Source: a virus (taxonomy: Duplodnaviria; Caudoviricetes). Taken from it: 31,540 nucleotides of DNA. Below, piece after piece: positions 9,475 through 18,499 of the stretch; positions within the stretch are counted from its first letter, which is position 1, and each line of letters begins with the position of its first letter. The stretch is taken from IMG/VR virus record IMGVR_UViG_3300020161_001213, positions 1 to 31,540 of that record; one strand, given 5' to 3'. The position numbers and the translations under genes are program-made. The notes below the pieces were generated by a model. The model was given only the letters and a program-made list of their open reading frames with translations. It did no database searches and was not told the DNA's origin.

Positions 9475-9768
9475 TTATTTGAGTGTTATGATAAACTTGG
9501 GCAAATAAGAAAGCGCCTGCCGCTTGGCTTCATTGCCCGCGTCCAAAATTCGCTTACGCTTTAGCTCGTAAGTATTATTGGAGAGAAAGTCGGCGGCATC
9601 AAGTAGTTTGTGCGCCTCTTTTGGCAGGAGAGTTTTCAATTTCTCCATAGAAATCAGGTGCTCAGCCCTAATATTCTCCAACTCCTCTAGCTGCTTTTTG
9701 AACAGTCTAGTAATCTCCTTGTCAATCTGAAAGCCTAGTAGCTTAGACGAATCGTTATCGCTTATCAT
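9475..9768 (-). CDS. Hypothetical protein (97 aa, helical)
   Basis: Co-oriented ORF filling the gap; AGGTAAAAGG immediately upstream. Confidence 0.75.
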   Translation of the reverse strand: MISDNDSSKLLGFQIDKEITRLFKKQLEELENIRAEHLISMEKLKTLLPKEAHKLLDAADFLSNNTYELKRKRILDAGNEAKRQALSYLPKFIITLK

Positions 9769-9813
9769 TCCTTTTACCTTGTATTTAGTTGCGTTTAGGG
9801 CCGCCGCCCCTCA

Positions 9814-10881
9814 TTACGTGAGCGAGCCGCTTAGGAAGAAGCCACGGTCAGTTTCCTGTGGTCCACCAATAGGCACTGAGAAGTTCAACGTAACAGTCGT
9901 AGAAGGCCCAATAGAGTCGCTGAAGTTCTGGGACTCTAGGGTTGCTCCTCTGAGGGAGTAAACTGCTTTTACTGGGCCAACTGTATTGTCGCAACGCGGT
10001 TCGCGAACCGTCACGGAAAGGTCAAACTTTTCGTTGTTGCAGGTTAGGTTCGACAAACGGCCAGTTCCGAAGTCACGCATGTTTGCGTCGATGCTCATCT
10101 GGCAGTTAATTGGGAAGCTAGGCTCGCGGGCAGCCGCGTAGCGGTAGCCGAACGCCTGAGTTTCCTCAAGGTTAAAGTCGAAGCTGAAATTGTAGCTCTG
10201 AATAAAGAGGTTATTGATACCAAGGCCCGCGCCGTCTAGGTTCACGGAAACGTCACCGTGACGAAGGGCGGTGGACTGTCCAACCGCTCCAGTGGAAGCA
10301 GGGGGAAGTGTAACAACTCCAGCAGCGCCAGTAATAGGCTGCCCGTTCTCAGGATTTACCGCAGGAGAGTCGAAGCCAGACTTGGTAGGCTCAACAATCC
10401 AGTCAAGGGCGCTGATTGTGAACTGCGCAGTTGGAAAGCTTCCAACCTGACCTTGGGCACTGTAGCTCGAAACAACACCGTTACCAAACCCAACAACTGT
10501 CGAGTCGCCAGTGTATCCAGCGGGGGAGTTACCATCGGGCGTAATCTCCATAAAGTAGTTTTTCTCGCGCTGACTATTATCAAGAATGTTTTTGAGGGCC
10601 GTTGAGTCGCCGCCAACATATAGTCCAATGCCCGATTCATTAGCTACGTTTGTGGCTAGATAGGTTACGTTAAGCGAAACTTGGGGCGGATTGGTTTGAA
10701 CGCGGTCAATAGGGGCGAACACGCCGAACTGTTGAACGTCCTCTAGCTGCAACTGCCAGTCAAAGCTTGAGCTTTGAACGCGGTGAAGTTGTTTGATGTT
10801 TCCAGAGGCTTGAGTCCCCGTCGCTGGTGAAGGTCCAACGTAAAGGGCTTTTGCGGCGTAAATCGTGCGATTATCAGGCAT
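9814..10881 (-). CDS. Major tail tube protein
   Basis: 355-aa beta-rich protein with two similar halves (QSSSFDWQL…VQQFG; QSYNFSFDFNLEETQAFG); lies between tail terminator and chaperones behind a strong promoter motif. Confidence 0.75.
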   Translation of the reverse strand: MPDNRTIYAAKALYVGPSPATGTQASGNIKQLHRVQSSSFDWQLQLEDVQQFGVFAPIDRVQTNPPQVSLNVTYLATNVANESGIGLYVGGDSTALKNILDNSQREKNYFMEITPDGNSPAGYTGDSTVVGFGNGVVSSYSAQGQVGSFPTAQFTISALDWIVEPTKSGFDSPAVNPENGQPITGAAGVVTLPPASTGAVGQSTALRHGDVSVNLDGAGLGINNLFIQSYNFSFDFNLEETQAFGYRYAAAREPSFPINCQMSIDANMRDFGTGRLSNLTCNNEKFDLSVTVREPRCDNTVGPVKAVYSLRGATLESQNFSDSIGPSTTVTLNFSVPIGGPQETDRGFFLSGSLT

Positions 10882-10895
10882 AAATTATAAAGTTA

Positions 10896-10913
10896 GTATT
10901 TGCAGTTACACTA
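10896..10913 (-). promoter_or_regulatory. Extended putative late promoter TAGTGTAACTGCAAATAC upstream of tail tube
   Basis: Intergenic; identical 18-mer at 20915-20932. Confidence 0.75.
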
Positions 10914-10940
10914 TTTGGCAGGCTATAGGAAATTATTTTT

Positions 10941-11744
10941 TTAAATTCGGGGAAATCTTAGTGACTCCAACTCTAAATCTATGAAGCCCGCGACCGAATT
11001 CGGCGCAATCTCGTTATTTACCCTTGGGTCAAAATCAGATATTTCGACATTCTTGATATACACCAGATTATTAGAATCTTCTGATATTAATGAGCCAGAC
11101 GCAGAGTAGTCAAAAGGACGTTTCAGGGTGCCGCTACTGGTAAATGGTAGTTGGTCCTGTGAAAATAGGGGAATATATGTTTCGTAAGAGTCCCTAAGAA
11201 GTCCAGCCGCCGCCTGATATTGATACTCATTTTCACAAATAAGCATTATGCGCGCCGGAATGATAGTCGAGCAGCCGCCGTCAAATGATACTGCGGAGTT
11301 TTTGCCCGCGCCTATTTTGAGGATTGCGCAGGGATAAACGTAGTCTTGCTCGGAATATCCGGTAAACTGCACATTAGCCTTTGGATTTTGCTGGAACCTG
11401 CTCTCGAACAACACTTTTTGTTCGGAGCGAGATGTCATATACAGGTTGATTTCCTTTGCTGCGTATCGCCCCGATACTGTCGCATTGCCAGTATAAAGGG
11501 CGCGGCCCTTCATATAGTCAACTGGAGTTCCGGTAAAACTACCATTGACATACGAGCCACTCGCAAAATTGGCCCCGCTTACGGTCGCATCATAAACTAG
11601 TTGGCGATATGGGAACGCGTATGAGTTGCCATACTTGCTAAGATTGCCACTAGCATTAATAAAACCCTCGCCTTTTTCTATGAATTTGTTGTCCAGCCAT
11701 AGATATACCGAGGAAGCGATGCTATGGTTAAGAGTTTCTTTCAT
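10941..11744 (-). CDS. Putative tail terminator/completion protein
   Basis: Immediately upstream of tail tube; YPCAILK motif and terminal GFIDLELESLRFPR strand resemble tail terminators; mostly synteny. Confidence 0.55.
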   Translation of the reverse strand: MKETLNHSIASSVYLWLDNKFIEKGEGFINASGNLSKYGNSYAFPYRQLVYDATVSGANFASGSYVNGSFTGTPVDYMKGRALYTGNATVSGRYAAKEINLYMTSRSEQKVLFESRFQQNPKANVQFTGYSEQDYVYPCAILKIGAGKNSAVSFDGGCSTIIPARIMLICENEYQYQAAAGLLRDSYETYIPLFSQDQLPFTSSGTLKRPFDYSASGSLISEDSNNLVYIKNVEISDFDPRVNNEIAPNSVAGFIDLELESLRFPRI

Positions 11745-12346
11745 TATTTTTTGAGGCGGGACACGAAGTTGTCAAATATCTGGTTTATGTAGCTTACACC
11801 AGTTGACTTGTCGGGGGCTTCGCGAACTTCGTGTTTTACTTGAATTCCGTAAAAAGAGCGCGACTTATCTCCAATAAACTTCTTCCAAAGATAGTGAGAA
11901 AATCCGCTTACGCCCTGTTGCACTGCGTTGACCCACGATTTTCCGCTTTCCCAAGTCATTTTGGCTGCGGCGTTGATTTCTTGCGTTGGAATTCTTAGCG
12001 AAAACCTGAATCTAGCGCGGTCTGACTTTGCTTCTCGCTTAACTCCAGTTGAGAGTCTAATGTCGTTTTCTAGAACGTCTCTGACTTGCTTGGTTGGGTT
12101 ACTACCAGCTTCAAAACCTAAGAAAGAAAAAAGGTTTCCTTGCCCGTTTAGAGTTTCAGAAATATTTTTTACATCAGGGTGCGGCCCCGCTTCAATCTCT
12201 TTTGTAACAGCGTGGTTATCAAATTCAGCCAGCAAAAAAGGCTTGTTTTCAGCAAGACGGTTTTCCCATACGGCGCGAACACGTTTTTCTCCAACTTTTG
12301 AGTTGGTTATCGAGCGGTGTATTTCTTTATAATTAAACCTTGCCAT
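11744..12346 (-). CDS. Putative neck/tail-completion protein
   Basis: 200-aa basic protein in the head-tail joining block, translationally coupled; synteny. Confidence 0.5.
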   Translation of the reverse strand: MARFNYKEIHRSITNSKVGEKRVRAVWENRLAENKPFLLAEFDNHAVTKEIEAGPHPDVKNISETLNGQGNLFSFLGFEAGSNPTKQVRDVLENDIRLSTGVKREAKSDRARFRFSLRIPTQEINAAAKMTWESGKSWVNAVQQGVSGFSHYLWKKFIGDKSRSFYGIQVKHEVREAPDKSTGVSYINQIFDNFVSRLKK

Positions 12347-12779
12347 TGTCGATTTTGTTTAACCAACAATCAGTCCATACATCGCGGTCAAATAGGCCGC
12401 GAAATACAAGGTCGCTGGCGGGCTTGAAGTTCATACCGTCAAGTTTAATGACTTGAGCGTCTCTTAAAAATTCTCTGGCCGCCGAACCTGACAGGGATAG
12501 TCGAACATAACCTTTTGGTTGCGCAACCAATGCGTCTGCCGGATTATATTTGATATACTGGTTGTCCTGCTGGTCATTATACTCAACAGTGCCCATGAAA
12601 ACGCCAGACTGGGGCGTATAGGAAATTTCTCCCTGCTGGCCGCCGAAAGCAAAGTTATACGAGCTTTCGTCCGAGACTACTTCTAGTGGATTTTTAAAAA
12701 CGACAATCTCCTCTGCAAAGCTGGCGGGTGCAGAGTTTAATAGAGATTCGGCCTCGTCTTTTTCGGATTGCGATAGCAT
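12333..12779 (-). CDS. Putative head closure (stopper) protein
   Basis: 148 aa, beta-rich, follows the adaptor gene; synteny. Confidence 0.5.
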   Translation of the reverse strand: MLSQSEKDEAESLLNSAPASFAEEIVVFKNPLEVVSDESSYNFAFGGQQGEISYTPQSGVFMGTVEYNDQQDNQYIKYNPADALVAQPKGYVRLSLSGSAAREFLRDAQVIKLDGMNFKPASDLVFRGLFDRDVWTDCWLNKIDNGKV

Positions 12780-13267
12780 TATTCTAAGTCCCTATACTGC
12801 ATGGCTTCTTGAGTGCTGCCAAGCTCAGTTAAAATTGGGTTCGGCACATAGTTATAGTCGCCGCCGCCGAAACTATTTTGCTTGTAGGCAGATATTAGAC
12901 CAGCAAGCGCCCGCTCTTCCGCATCTTTGGCAATTTGGTAGTTTTTGGCAATATCGTTTTTATTGGTTCTTTTAACTGTGCGGTTGCCCTCCTTGACCTC
13001 AATCACGGACACATATGCAGCAGCCCCAAGGTTCCTATTAATCTGACGCTTCAAGTAGTCAATTTTAAATAGAGTCTTGAAGATTGCTTGGGCGGCCAAC
13101 GAAAGGTCTTCTGAGAGCACTCCATTTTCAACAGTAATAGACGAGCCAAGTTTCAGGTTTAGCTGGCCCACGTTAGTTTGTAACCAAAATGCTATCTTTG
13201 GAATAGAGCAGTCGGTGGGCTCATCAAGCTCCCTAAAAAGTTCGTCAGCTATTGAAGTTGTTGTCAT
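12779..13267 (-). CDS. Putative head-tail adaptor protein
   Basis: Helical protein with a VIEVKEGNRTVKR hairpin typical of connectors; first gene of the joining block. Confidence 0.55.
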   Translation of the reverse strand: MTTTSIADELFRELDEPTDCSIPKIAFWLQTNVGQLNLKLGSSITVENGVLSEDLSLAAQAIFKTLFKIDYLKRQINRNLGAAAYVSVIEVKEGNRTVKRTNKNDIAKNYQIAKDAEERALAGLISAYKQNSFGGGDYNYVPNPILTELGSTQEAMQYRDLE

Positions 13268-13278
13268 TTGTAGAAACT

Positions 13279-13286
13279 TTACACTT
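13279..13286 (-). promoter_or_regulatory. Putative late-promoter motif AAGTGTAA
   Basis: About 12 nt upstream of the ATG at 13267. Confidence 0.6.
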
Positions 13287-13300
13287 AATTCGGACTATTG

Positions 13301-14656
13301 TTAAAAAGTAAACACGTAAACAGCACCAACTCCGCCAAGGCCACCAGCGCCACCTAATCCGGGGTTCATTCCGCATCCTCCACCTCCGCCTCCACCGCCA
13401 TGAGAGCCACCAGCGCCACCAGCGCCACCAGCAGTTGAAGCCGTTACCGTTGTTCCACCTCCACCACCGCCGCTACCTCCACGAGTCGAGTTTCCGCTAG
13501 CTCCAGCACTACCGGCAGTTGGCGCTGCACCATCTGTTCCAACCGCACCGCCGCCGCCACTAACATAAGCTCCAGATTTTCCTCCCGCAGAGCCAGCAAC
13601 AATAGCTGGAGTTGCGTTATGATGCCCTCCGCACCCACCTCCACCACCGCCGTAAAGAGAAGAGCCTCCCGTGCAGCTAGTTGGCGTTGCGGTTGAACCT
13701 CCACCTCCGCCCCCCCCTTGCTCTGCGTTGTGAGTGGTAATGACGGTAACGGTTCCGGCAGAACCTTGGCCGCCACAAACGCCAGTGACCGTCGTATTAG
13801 CCGCTGACACCGGATTTCCGCCTAGTCCAACGCTAGTGCTCCCAGTTCCACCACCGGCTGCGGTTCCACCTCCGCCGCCTCCACCACCAGCAGCCGCAGA
13901 AATGGCCCCTCCTCGTCCGCCGCCTCCACCACCAGCACTAAGTAATACTGCCGTGCCAAATGTTGATGTTCCTCCAATACCGCCATCACCGCCAAGGGCA
14001 CCAGCGGCACCGGGAGTTCCCGCCGCGCCAGAGCTTCCGACATTCACGCTTTCTGTTGCGCCTAAATCATCGGCTCTAAAAACTCTTGTCGAGAACGCAC
14101 CGCCACCACCGCCCGCTCCGCCCTTTGCTACGGTAGCCGTAGCTAGGGACGCTCCCGCTCCACCTCCACCACCGCCCCCAAAGGCTATGACAGTAACTAC
14201 TTTGGGCGTAAATGTTGTTGGCTTTGTCCAAGTCCCCGCTCCAGCGGATGTGAAAACCTGCACGTCTGTTGGCCCCCCTTGCGCGTTATTCTTCATCACG
14301 CCTCCAGATGAATATAGGAAGAATGTTCCCTCAGAGTTAATTACTAGCGACTCGCCAGCCAAAAGAGTTCCGGTCCATTGTTCGTAGTTGGTTCCGCTAA
14401 TAACTTTGTATAGCGTTATAGTATTTGAGGTGGACGCATGGGCGTTAAAAACCACGACCCCTTTTATTTGCCTCTGCGTGGACGCTGCGGGCGCATCGCA
14501 TACTGTCGTAGTAGTTGCGGAGGAAATTTTACCCTCCTGAGAGGACGGCGAAAACGTAGTAGTTGTTATATCTGCAAACGACACCGAGTAGTCTAAATCA
14601 GCAGTAGAACTCGTAGTGAGAGCTAGGGTTTCCGTTGTTGCTTTTAGTATTATCAT
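13301..14656 (-). CDS. Glycine-rich virion protein (fibre-tip/adhesin-like)
   Basis: Thr-rich beta N-terminal domain, then VQVFTSAGAGTWTKP…VIAFGGGGGGGAG and many poly-Gly runs ending GAVYVFTF, typical of phage Gly-rich domains. Confidence 0.8.
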   Translation of the reverse strand: MIILKATTETLALTTSSTADLDYSVSFADITTTTFSPSSQEGKISSATTTTVCDAPAASTQRQIKGVVVFNAHASTSNTITLYKVISGTNYEQWTGTLLAGESLVINSEGTFFLYSSGGVMKNNAQGGPTDVQVFTSAGAGTWTKPTTFTPKVVTVIAFGGGGGGGAGASLATATVAKGGAGGGGGAFSTRVFRADDLGATESVNVGSSGAAGTPGAAGALGGDGGIGGTSTFGTAVLLSAGGGGGGRGGAISAAAGGGGGGGGTAAGGGTGSTSVGLGGNPVSAANTTVTGVCGGQGSAGTVTVITTHNAEQGGGGGGGSTATPTSCTGGSSLYGGGGGGCGGHHNATPAIVAGSAGGKSGAYVSGGGGAVGTDGAAPTAGSAGASGNSTRGGSGGGGGGTTVTASTAGGAGGAGGSHGGGGGGGGCGMNPGLGGAGGLGGVGAVYVFTF

Positions 14657-14662
14657 ATTTGT

Positions 14663-17563
14663 TTAAAATCTTAGGCTTGCAATTGCCATTGTTTGCTGTT
14701 GGTTTAAGCCTCCTCCGCCAGCGGAGTATCCCGATGGGTTAGACCTCGGGTAGTAGCCAGCATCTACCCAGCCCGTTGTAGCGAATGTTCCGGTTTCGGT
14801 TGGTCTTACTACGCTGCCAGTTACATACGCCGATGGGTTTGACGCAAGGGGGTAAAATGAGCCAGTTAATGAGCCAGTCTGGGACGAGGTGACAAACACC
14901 CCAGTTTCCGTTGGACGAACCACACTTCCCGTAACATACCCACTTGGATTGCTTGTTGGGTAAAACTGCCCCGTCTGACTAGACGTAATGAAATTGCCAG
15001 TCTCAGTCGGGCGCACCACGCTACCCGTAACATATCCAGCCGGATTTAAAAGCAATGGATAAGCATATCCAGTGAGCCTATAATTATTTACAACAGAAAA
15101 GGGGTCAGTCGAAGAGGAGTTTGAAATCCACTCTCCGCTTAAAATTCCAGAAGGTCCGGACCAGTCCAGTCTATGGTCAGAATATCCGCCAGTTCCATCA
15201 AGCTGTCTCGTGAACCATTCCGCGCTCGGATTTCCTGAAACATCGTAAAGTATTCCATATAACCAACTCAACGAGGCTCCAGCCCCGACATTATAAGGTG
15301 AATGAAGCTGACCAAGAACACAGTTTACTGAAACAACCCCATTGTCATCATAAATAGTCCTAGAGCCCACATCAAGAGCCTGAGTGCCCCAAGTATCATA
15401 AAAATTCTTGTCTCCACTAATATTTTGGTCGCCATTCGTCCTTACAATATCGCTAGGAAGTGTTGTTAGAAATGCGCCAGTTTCGGTTGGTCGAACTACA
15501 TTTCCCGTAACATAACCAGAAGGATTAGCTCCTAATGGATAGAAAAGACCAGTATAAGCTCCGGTTTCACTTTTAAGAACTAGGTTACTAACATCGACAC
15601 CAGTGGCAAAACCACTTGGATTCGACATTGGATAGAACTGTCCAGTTTGCGAGGATGTAATAAAATTACCAGTATCAGATGGACGAACAACTTGACCAGT
15701 AAGATATCCAGATGGGTTGGAGTCTAGTGGGTAGGCGTAGCCAGTCAGCTTACCTTGGCTTACTAGCGAGAGTGGAGAGCTTAACGCCCCCGTATAATCG
15801 CTATACCACTCCCCGTACAAATGCCTAGTGTCGAAGAATACTGAACCAACTCCAGACGAGTCGGAAAGGTTATATTCTTCGGTAGAGAACACCATATTGC
15901 CGTTTGCTCCACGAATAAGCACAAATGGGTTAAGAGTAATCTCTAAAGCACCGCTTGTGCCAAGTTTTGTTATAGCTTCTTCTCCTGCGTATAAAGTATG
16001 GTCAACTCCATCATAATGATAATCAATAATATTTAGATTATGAGTATTGTCATCAATATAAAATCTATCTGTTAATACGTGAATATCAAATCCTTGGCTA
16101 TGGCCGCCCGCGCTAGAGTCCCTAAACCGAAGTCTTGGATTTCCCTTTGATATCAGAATATTACCGTTAGAATCAACTCCGTCTTGAGCGGTAATTTTGC
16201 TAACAAAAGTTTTAGCGCCCGAAATGGTTTCCGCGCCTGTAATGTTTACATATCTTTGGTCCCCAATTATCTGAGTGATAAAATCGCCAGTTTCGCTGGG
16301 TCTTACAACTTGACCAGTCACGTATCCAGAAGGATTTAATAGACGAGGGTAGAAAATATCTGTGTAAACTCCTGTCTCGGATTTTGACACAAGATTTGAC
16401 ACGTCAACGCCAGTAGCATAGCCGCTCGGGTTGCTCATTGGGTAAAACTGACCAGTTTGACTGGAAGTAATAAAAGCGCCAGTTTCACTTGGCCGCACAA
16501 CTAGACCCGTTACATAGTTGGCCGGATTGGAAGACAATGGGTAAAATAATCCAGTGTAGTCCCCCGTTGTTGACTGAATAAGTGAAATATCAGTTCTAAT
16601 AGCGCCCGAAACGCCTGCTACATAACTTTGAGTTGCGAAATCGCCAGTTTCAGAAGGTCTTACAACCTGCCCAGTAACATAGTCTCCGCTATTAAACCCA
16701 GTTATAAATCCGCTTGGATTGGTTCTTGGGTAGTAGTCGCCAGTTAAGGTTTGTAGGTAAGATATGTCAGTGCGTAGAGCGCCAGAAGCGTTATTAACAT
16801 ATGTTTGCGTAGCATATCCAGACAGCGAAGAAGATGTTAGGAATAAACCAGTTTGGCTGGGGCGAACTACATCTCCAGTAACGTATCCAGAAGGATTGGT
16901 TAATAAAGGATAGAATAATGAAGAATACGAGCCAGTTTCACTCTTTAATACAAAAAGGGATACGTCGATTCCAGTCGCGAATCCACTTGGATTAGAGCGT
17001 GGGTATGCGTAGTCAACAAGGGCGGCCAGATTTACTACATCATTATTTCCCGTGGCTTCGGTGTCCAGTGTCCAAGCTCCAAATAGAGAACGATTGGTCC
17101 AGTCTAATGACGTTGAGCCAAGCCCATCATTCAGGGTGCGCGAACGCCAGTCGGCGGCTAGAAATCCATCACTATAAAGTTGCTCAACATTCCAGTCTAG
17201 TGACAATGACGTGGAGGCGTCATATAAAGTGTATGTATTCGGGCGCACCACACTTCCAGCTAAGTATCCGCTTGGGTTACTTCTTGGATAGTAATTTCCA
17301 GTTTGCGACTCTAGGCCAGAAATTGAAAATCTTAAAGCCCCCGAAACACTTGAAAGTTGAGACTGTGTTGCGAAGTCCCCACCAGTAATATATCCACTTG
17401 GATTTGATAGCGGATAATATAGTGAATCAAAGTCGGGCTTATTAGTAATAGCTCCCCAATCAGGAATATAGAAGCCATCTGTAGTAGAGATGGTTGGCCC
17501 CACGTTACCTACAATCGAAATTGTAATATCGGGCTGTTCCTGAATTTGAATTACGTCGGACAT
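14663..17563 (-). CDS. Repeat-rich fibre protein (966 aa)
   Basis: 15 copies of [YFA]YPx(1-3)NP[SA][GNA][YF]xxG, often followed by VVRP[ST]ETGxF, with non-repeat inserts. Confidence 0.8.
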   Translation of the reverse strand: MSDVIQIQEQPDITISIVGNVGPTISTTDGFYIPDWGAITNKPDFDSLYYPLSNPSGYITGGDFATQSQLSSVSGALRFSISGLESQTGNYYPRSNPSGYLAGSVVRPNTYTLYDASTSLSLDWNVEQLYSDGFLAADWRSRTLNDGLGSTSLDWTNRSLFGAWTLDTEATGNNDVVNLAALVDYAYPRSNPSGFATGIDVSLFVLKSETGSYSSLFYPLLTNPSGYVTGDVVRPSQTGLFLTSSSLSGYATQTYVNNASGALRTDISYLQTLTGDYYPRTNPSGFITGFNSGDYVTGQVVRPSETGDFATQSYVAGVSGAIRTDISLIQSTTGDYTGLFYPLSSNPANYVTGLVVRPSETGAFITSSQTGQFYPMSNPSGYATGVDVSNLVSKSETGVYTDIFYPRLLNPSGYVTGQVVRPSETGDFITQIIGDQRYVNITGAETISGAKTFVSKITAQDGVDSNGNILISKGNPRLRFRDSSAGGHSQGFDIHVLTDRFYIDDNTHNLNIIDYHYDGVDHTLYAGEEAITKLGTSGALEITLNPFVLIRGANGNMVFSTEEYNLSDSSGVGSVFFDTRHLYGEWYSDYTGALSSPLSLVSQGKLTGYAYPLDSNPSGYLTGQVVRPSDTGNFITSSQTGQFYPMSNPSGFATGVDVSNLVLKSETGAYTGLFYPLGANPSGYVTGNVVRPTETGAFLTTLPSDIVRTNGDQNISGDKNFYDTWGTQALDVGSRTIYDDNGVVSVNCVLGQLHSPYNVGAGASLSWLYGILYDVSGNPSAEWFTRQLDGTGGYSDHRLDWSGPSGILSGEWISNSSSTDPFSVVNNYRLTGYAYPLLLNPAGYVTGSVVRPTETGNFITSSQTGQFYPTSNPSGYVTGSVVRPTETGVFVTSSQTGSLTGSFYPLASNPSAYVTGSVVRPTETGTFATTGWVDAGYYPRSNPSGYSAGGGGLNQQQTMAIASLRF

Positions 17564-17904
17564 TAAATAGATGGATAGACGTTGATATAACCGTTAAGAT
17601 ATTTTAACGGGTCGTTGCTGCCGGAAGCGTATAGGTTTACTTCGTATGCGGCCTGCGTGCATGGAATTAGGGCCGACTCTTCATCCGTAATAGAAATTGA
17701 AAAGCCGCCGCTTGCGGGCACTGTAATAGACACTAGAAATTCGCCCAGAACATCCCCAGTCGCGCCGTAGCGCGTTTTGATTGGAGCGTATCCAGAATAG
17801 CCCGACATATTCACTCTTAACCCCGCAGAGTCAGTAAGAGTTAGGGCCGCCGAATAGCTGCTGCCCTGTGTCAAATTTATGTCGTAGCGAACTCCTGTCG
17901 TCAT
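17563..17904 (-). CDS. Small virion structural protein (BppU N-terminal-like beta-sandwich)
   Basis: INLTQGSSYS…NMSGY…ISITDEESA…YEVNL pattern seen in fibre-anchoring domains; coupled to the fibre gene (TAATG). Confidence 0.6.
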   Translation of the reverse strand: MTTGVRYDINLTQGSSYSAALTLTDSAGLRVNMSGYSGYAPIKTRYGATGDVLGEFLVSITVPASGGFSISITDEESALIPCTQAAYEVNLYASGSNDPLKYLNGYINVYPSI

Positions 17905-17912
17905 ACAGGAAT

Positions 17913-17920
17913 CTACACTA
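17913..17920 (-). promoter_or_regulatory. Putative late-promoter motif TAGTGTAG
   Basis: About 9 nt upstream of the ATG at 17904. Confidence 0.6.
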
Positions 17921-17927
17921 AAAACGC

Positions 17928-18308
17928 TTAAAGCGACGCAGCTTTATTCAAAATAGCTTGGGCCGCCGCCGATTTAACTACAACCTGTTTTGGGCGCACT
18001 GAATACGAGGCGCGCTGGTCATAAGCTTTCTTACATTCCCTGACGAGTCGCTGAACCATAATGTCGCGGCTATCGTGCGGGATAAGACCAATCTTAATAC
18101 ACTCTTGCTGTAGGTCGAAGCGCGTTTCTTTTTTAAGTCGCGCCTCGTAAGCCTCTGGTTCGTCTGGCTTAAACTTGGAGAAGTTCTTTCCCCAAACTTG
18201 GTCCATTGTTACTTTGTCTGTGTAGGTCGCGAGCCTGTCAACACTAACTCCGTTAGTGGTTTCTTTTGCTGCGGCCTTACTTTTTTTTGATGCTTTTACC
18301 TTTTTCAT
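17928..18308 (-). CDS. Hypothetical basic protein after the capsid gene (possible Rho-N/HeH-like helix pair)
   Basis: 126 aa; DLQQECIKIGLIPHDSRDIMVQRL resembles a helix-extension-helix motif. Confidence 0.7.
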   Translation of the reverse strand: MKKVKASKKSKAAAKETTNGVSVDRLATYTDKVTMDQVWGKNFSKFKPDEPEAYEARLKKETRFDLQQECIKIGLIPHDSRDIMVQRLVRECKKAYDQRASYSVRPKQVVVKSAAAQAILNKAASL

Positions 18309-18387
18309 TTTGTTTGTCTTCTTCCTTGTTCCAATCTTCGGGCGCGGAGCTTTTTAGTTTTCCGTTTGCCTTTTGTTTAGTTTTCAT
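18277..18387 (-). CDS. Small Lys-rich ORF, 36 aa (MKTKQKANGKLKSSAPEDWNKEEDKQNEKGKSIKKK)
   Basis: Below the ORF-track cutoff; ATG about 13 nt after motif TGGTGTAG (18400-18407); overlaps the start of the next gene. Confidence 0.5.
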   Translation of the reverse strand: MKTKQKANGKLKSSAPEDWNKEEDKQNEKGKSIKKK

Positions 18388-18399
18388 GTTATCTTCGCT

Positions 18400-18407
18400 C
18401 TACACCA
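18400..18407 (-). promoter_or_regulatory. Variant late-promoter motif TGGTGTAG
   Basis: Lies just after the capsid terminator, where re-initiation would be needed. Confidence 0.5.
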
Positions 18408-18449
18408 ATACGGGAGCAAATGCCCATTTTATTTTTAGAAAAGTGTAAC

Positions 18450-18475
18450 AAAAAACCCGAGTCTTGCGACTCGGG
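18450..18475 (-). terminator. Rho-independent terminator after the major capsid gene
   Basis: Minus strand reads CCCGAGTC-GCAA-GACTCGGG-TTTTTT: 8-bp stem, GNRA loop, U6 tract. Confidence 0.92.
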
Positions 18476-18499
18476 CTATTGTGAATTAGTCTCTCCCGA

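Noticed and set aside
9797-9812. GC-rich hairpin after the tail tube gene as a terminator
   Set aside because: Only a 4-bp stem and no U-tract on the coding strand.
13734-14387. 217-aa Pro-rich plus-strand ORF
   Set aside because: Antisense shadow of poly-Gly codons in 13301-14656.
14663-17563. Fibre repeats as a DGR template/variable pair or a CRISPR-like array
   Set aside because: The repeats are in-frame protein repeats with synonymous divergence, not adenine-specific, and no reverse transcriptase is present in the window.
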